Shown here: piece by piece, positions 62,906 through 64,000 of the stretch
How the letters are laid out: each line of letters starts with the position of its first letter
How positions within the stretch are numbered: the first letter of the stretch is position 1
Source of the DNA: Felis catus
Lineage: Eukaryota
Length of the DNA stretch: 64,000 nucleotides
Direction: 5' to 3'
NCBI RefSeq assembly: GCF_018350175.1
Contig: NC_058368.1
Span: forward strand, 68,512,001 to 68,576,000
Translations under genes and position numbers: made by a program
The notes under the pieces: model-generated
The model's database searches: none
What the model was told of the DNA's origin: nothing
The model's input: only the letters and a program-made list of their open reading frames with translations

Positions 62906-63143
62906 TCTCCATGGTTGAGTGTGATACAGGTTTGTTGTTCATTTGTTTGTCTTGTGTCTTTGCAGAACTGAAAGTGGAAACTTGTTCTATATTGTGCAAA
63001 ACAGCTAGTGAATTAATGTGTTTCCATTTTAAGTGTTCTTAGAAATGGGAGATCCTTTACACAATGATGTCTTGACCTGCTCATCTGTTTTGTTTGAATC
63101 CCCTATAGTTACTGAAATAGTAAATATCACATGCTAGACAGTG

Positions 63144-63183
63144 ATTTTATTTTATTTTATTTTATTTTATTTTATTTTATTTT
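63144..63183. repeat. (ATTTT)n microsatellite
   Basis: Direct reading. Confidence 0.95.
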
Positions 63184-64000
63184 AAAAATAAAATAATTAC
63201 GGCCAGGCAGGAATTAGATCTGTTCTTATGGGTCAGGGTTGCCTTGACCTGACTATAGAGTTTCATAAACTGAAAGGAGAAACAAAAGGAAATAGCTGTA
63301 CCAGGAAATGTTTCCCTCTACCAGCAGATGTCACTGTTGCCTTTTAGCAGGAATGTACTGGAGCTGAAAATGATGGAGAGCATGAGAGTTATTTTACTAA
63401 AATCTCTGCAAGTCATTGGGTACATGTTGCTTTGTCATGGAGACAAAGAATTAATCAAAAGAGAGAGTGTGTGTCTCCCCACTTCTGCAGAGAACAGAGG
63501 GGGTTTCAGACAACCTGGTGCCTCCCTGATACCTACCTCAGAGGCAGGGGGCATGGGGAGGGAGGATGAGGAATGTGGGGGAAGGAGCTTCTCTGTCGGT
63601 GCAGAGCCATCATCTTCTCAGCAGGTCTCAATCAAAACACAAGGGCTAGAAAACATCCAGAGCCACAGGGCAGGAGTGAACAGAACTTGTTTGCGTGCAC
63701 ATGCAAGGCACACTCTAGTAATGCTGAGAAATAATTGGGAGAGAATTTGCAGAAGAATAGAGGGTCCTCTATTGTCAGCTAGGACCAAAAGCAATGGAAA
63801 TGAGACTCACAGAAAAGCATTCTGAGCATCTCTGCGGGCTCTGGGAACACCGAAGTAACCAGATAAGGCTCTGGACCCCGCCTTCACCCTGAAGGCAGAG
63901 CCACACTGGCAAACTAGAAAAATATGGCTATGACCATTGTATAACTTTTTTTTCCTTAAAAAAAAAAATTCTACTACTTTGAAAAGTTGCCATGCTTATT

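Noticed and set aside
63328..63825. 165-aa ATG ORF near the window end
   Set aside because: No recognisable domain, splice structure or promoter; region resembles degraded LTR sequence

Overview
Mammalian genomic DNA, almost certainly from a felid, judged by about 30 tRNA-derived CanSINE/SINEC copies with (CT)n linkers, several of SINEC_Fc type. The only protein-coding gene I can support is OXGR1 (GPR99, 2-oxoglutarate receptor 1) on the minus strand. It has an intronless 338-aa CDS (33161-32145), a splice acceptor 71 nt upstream of the ATG, a CpG-island promoter with a first-exon donor near 38.9 kb, and a likely poly(A) region near 30.5-30.7 kb. The rest is repeat-rich intergenic DNA: L1, L2, MIR, MaLR/ERVL LTRs, hAT and Tigger fossils, a U6 retrocopy and microsatellites. 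I found no CRISPR, prokaryotic or clearly new gene system. The most interesting structures are: (1) a SINE whose target-site duplication copied the probable OXGR1 AATAAA and created an inverted-SINE pair that only the longer 3' isoform would contain; (2) a uORF overlapping the OXGR1 start codon; (3) a complete MER45B-like hAT element hosting a U6 retrocopy and two SINEs; (4) two SINEs inserted at the same nick, leaving a triple TSD; (5) an inverted L1 segment. Repeat family names come from recalled consensus sequences, not from a search, and boundaries of old repeats are approximate.
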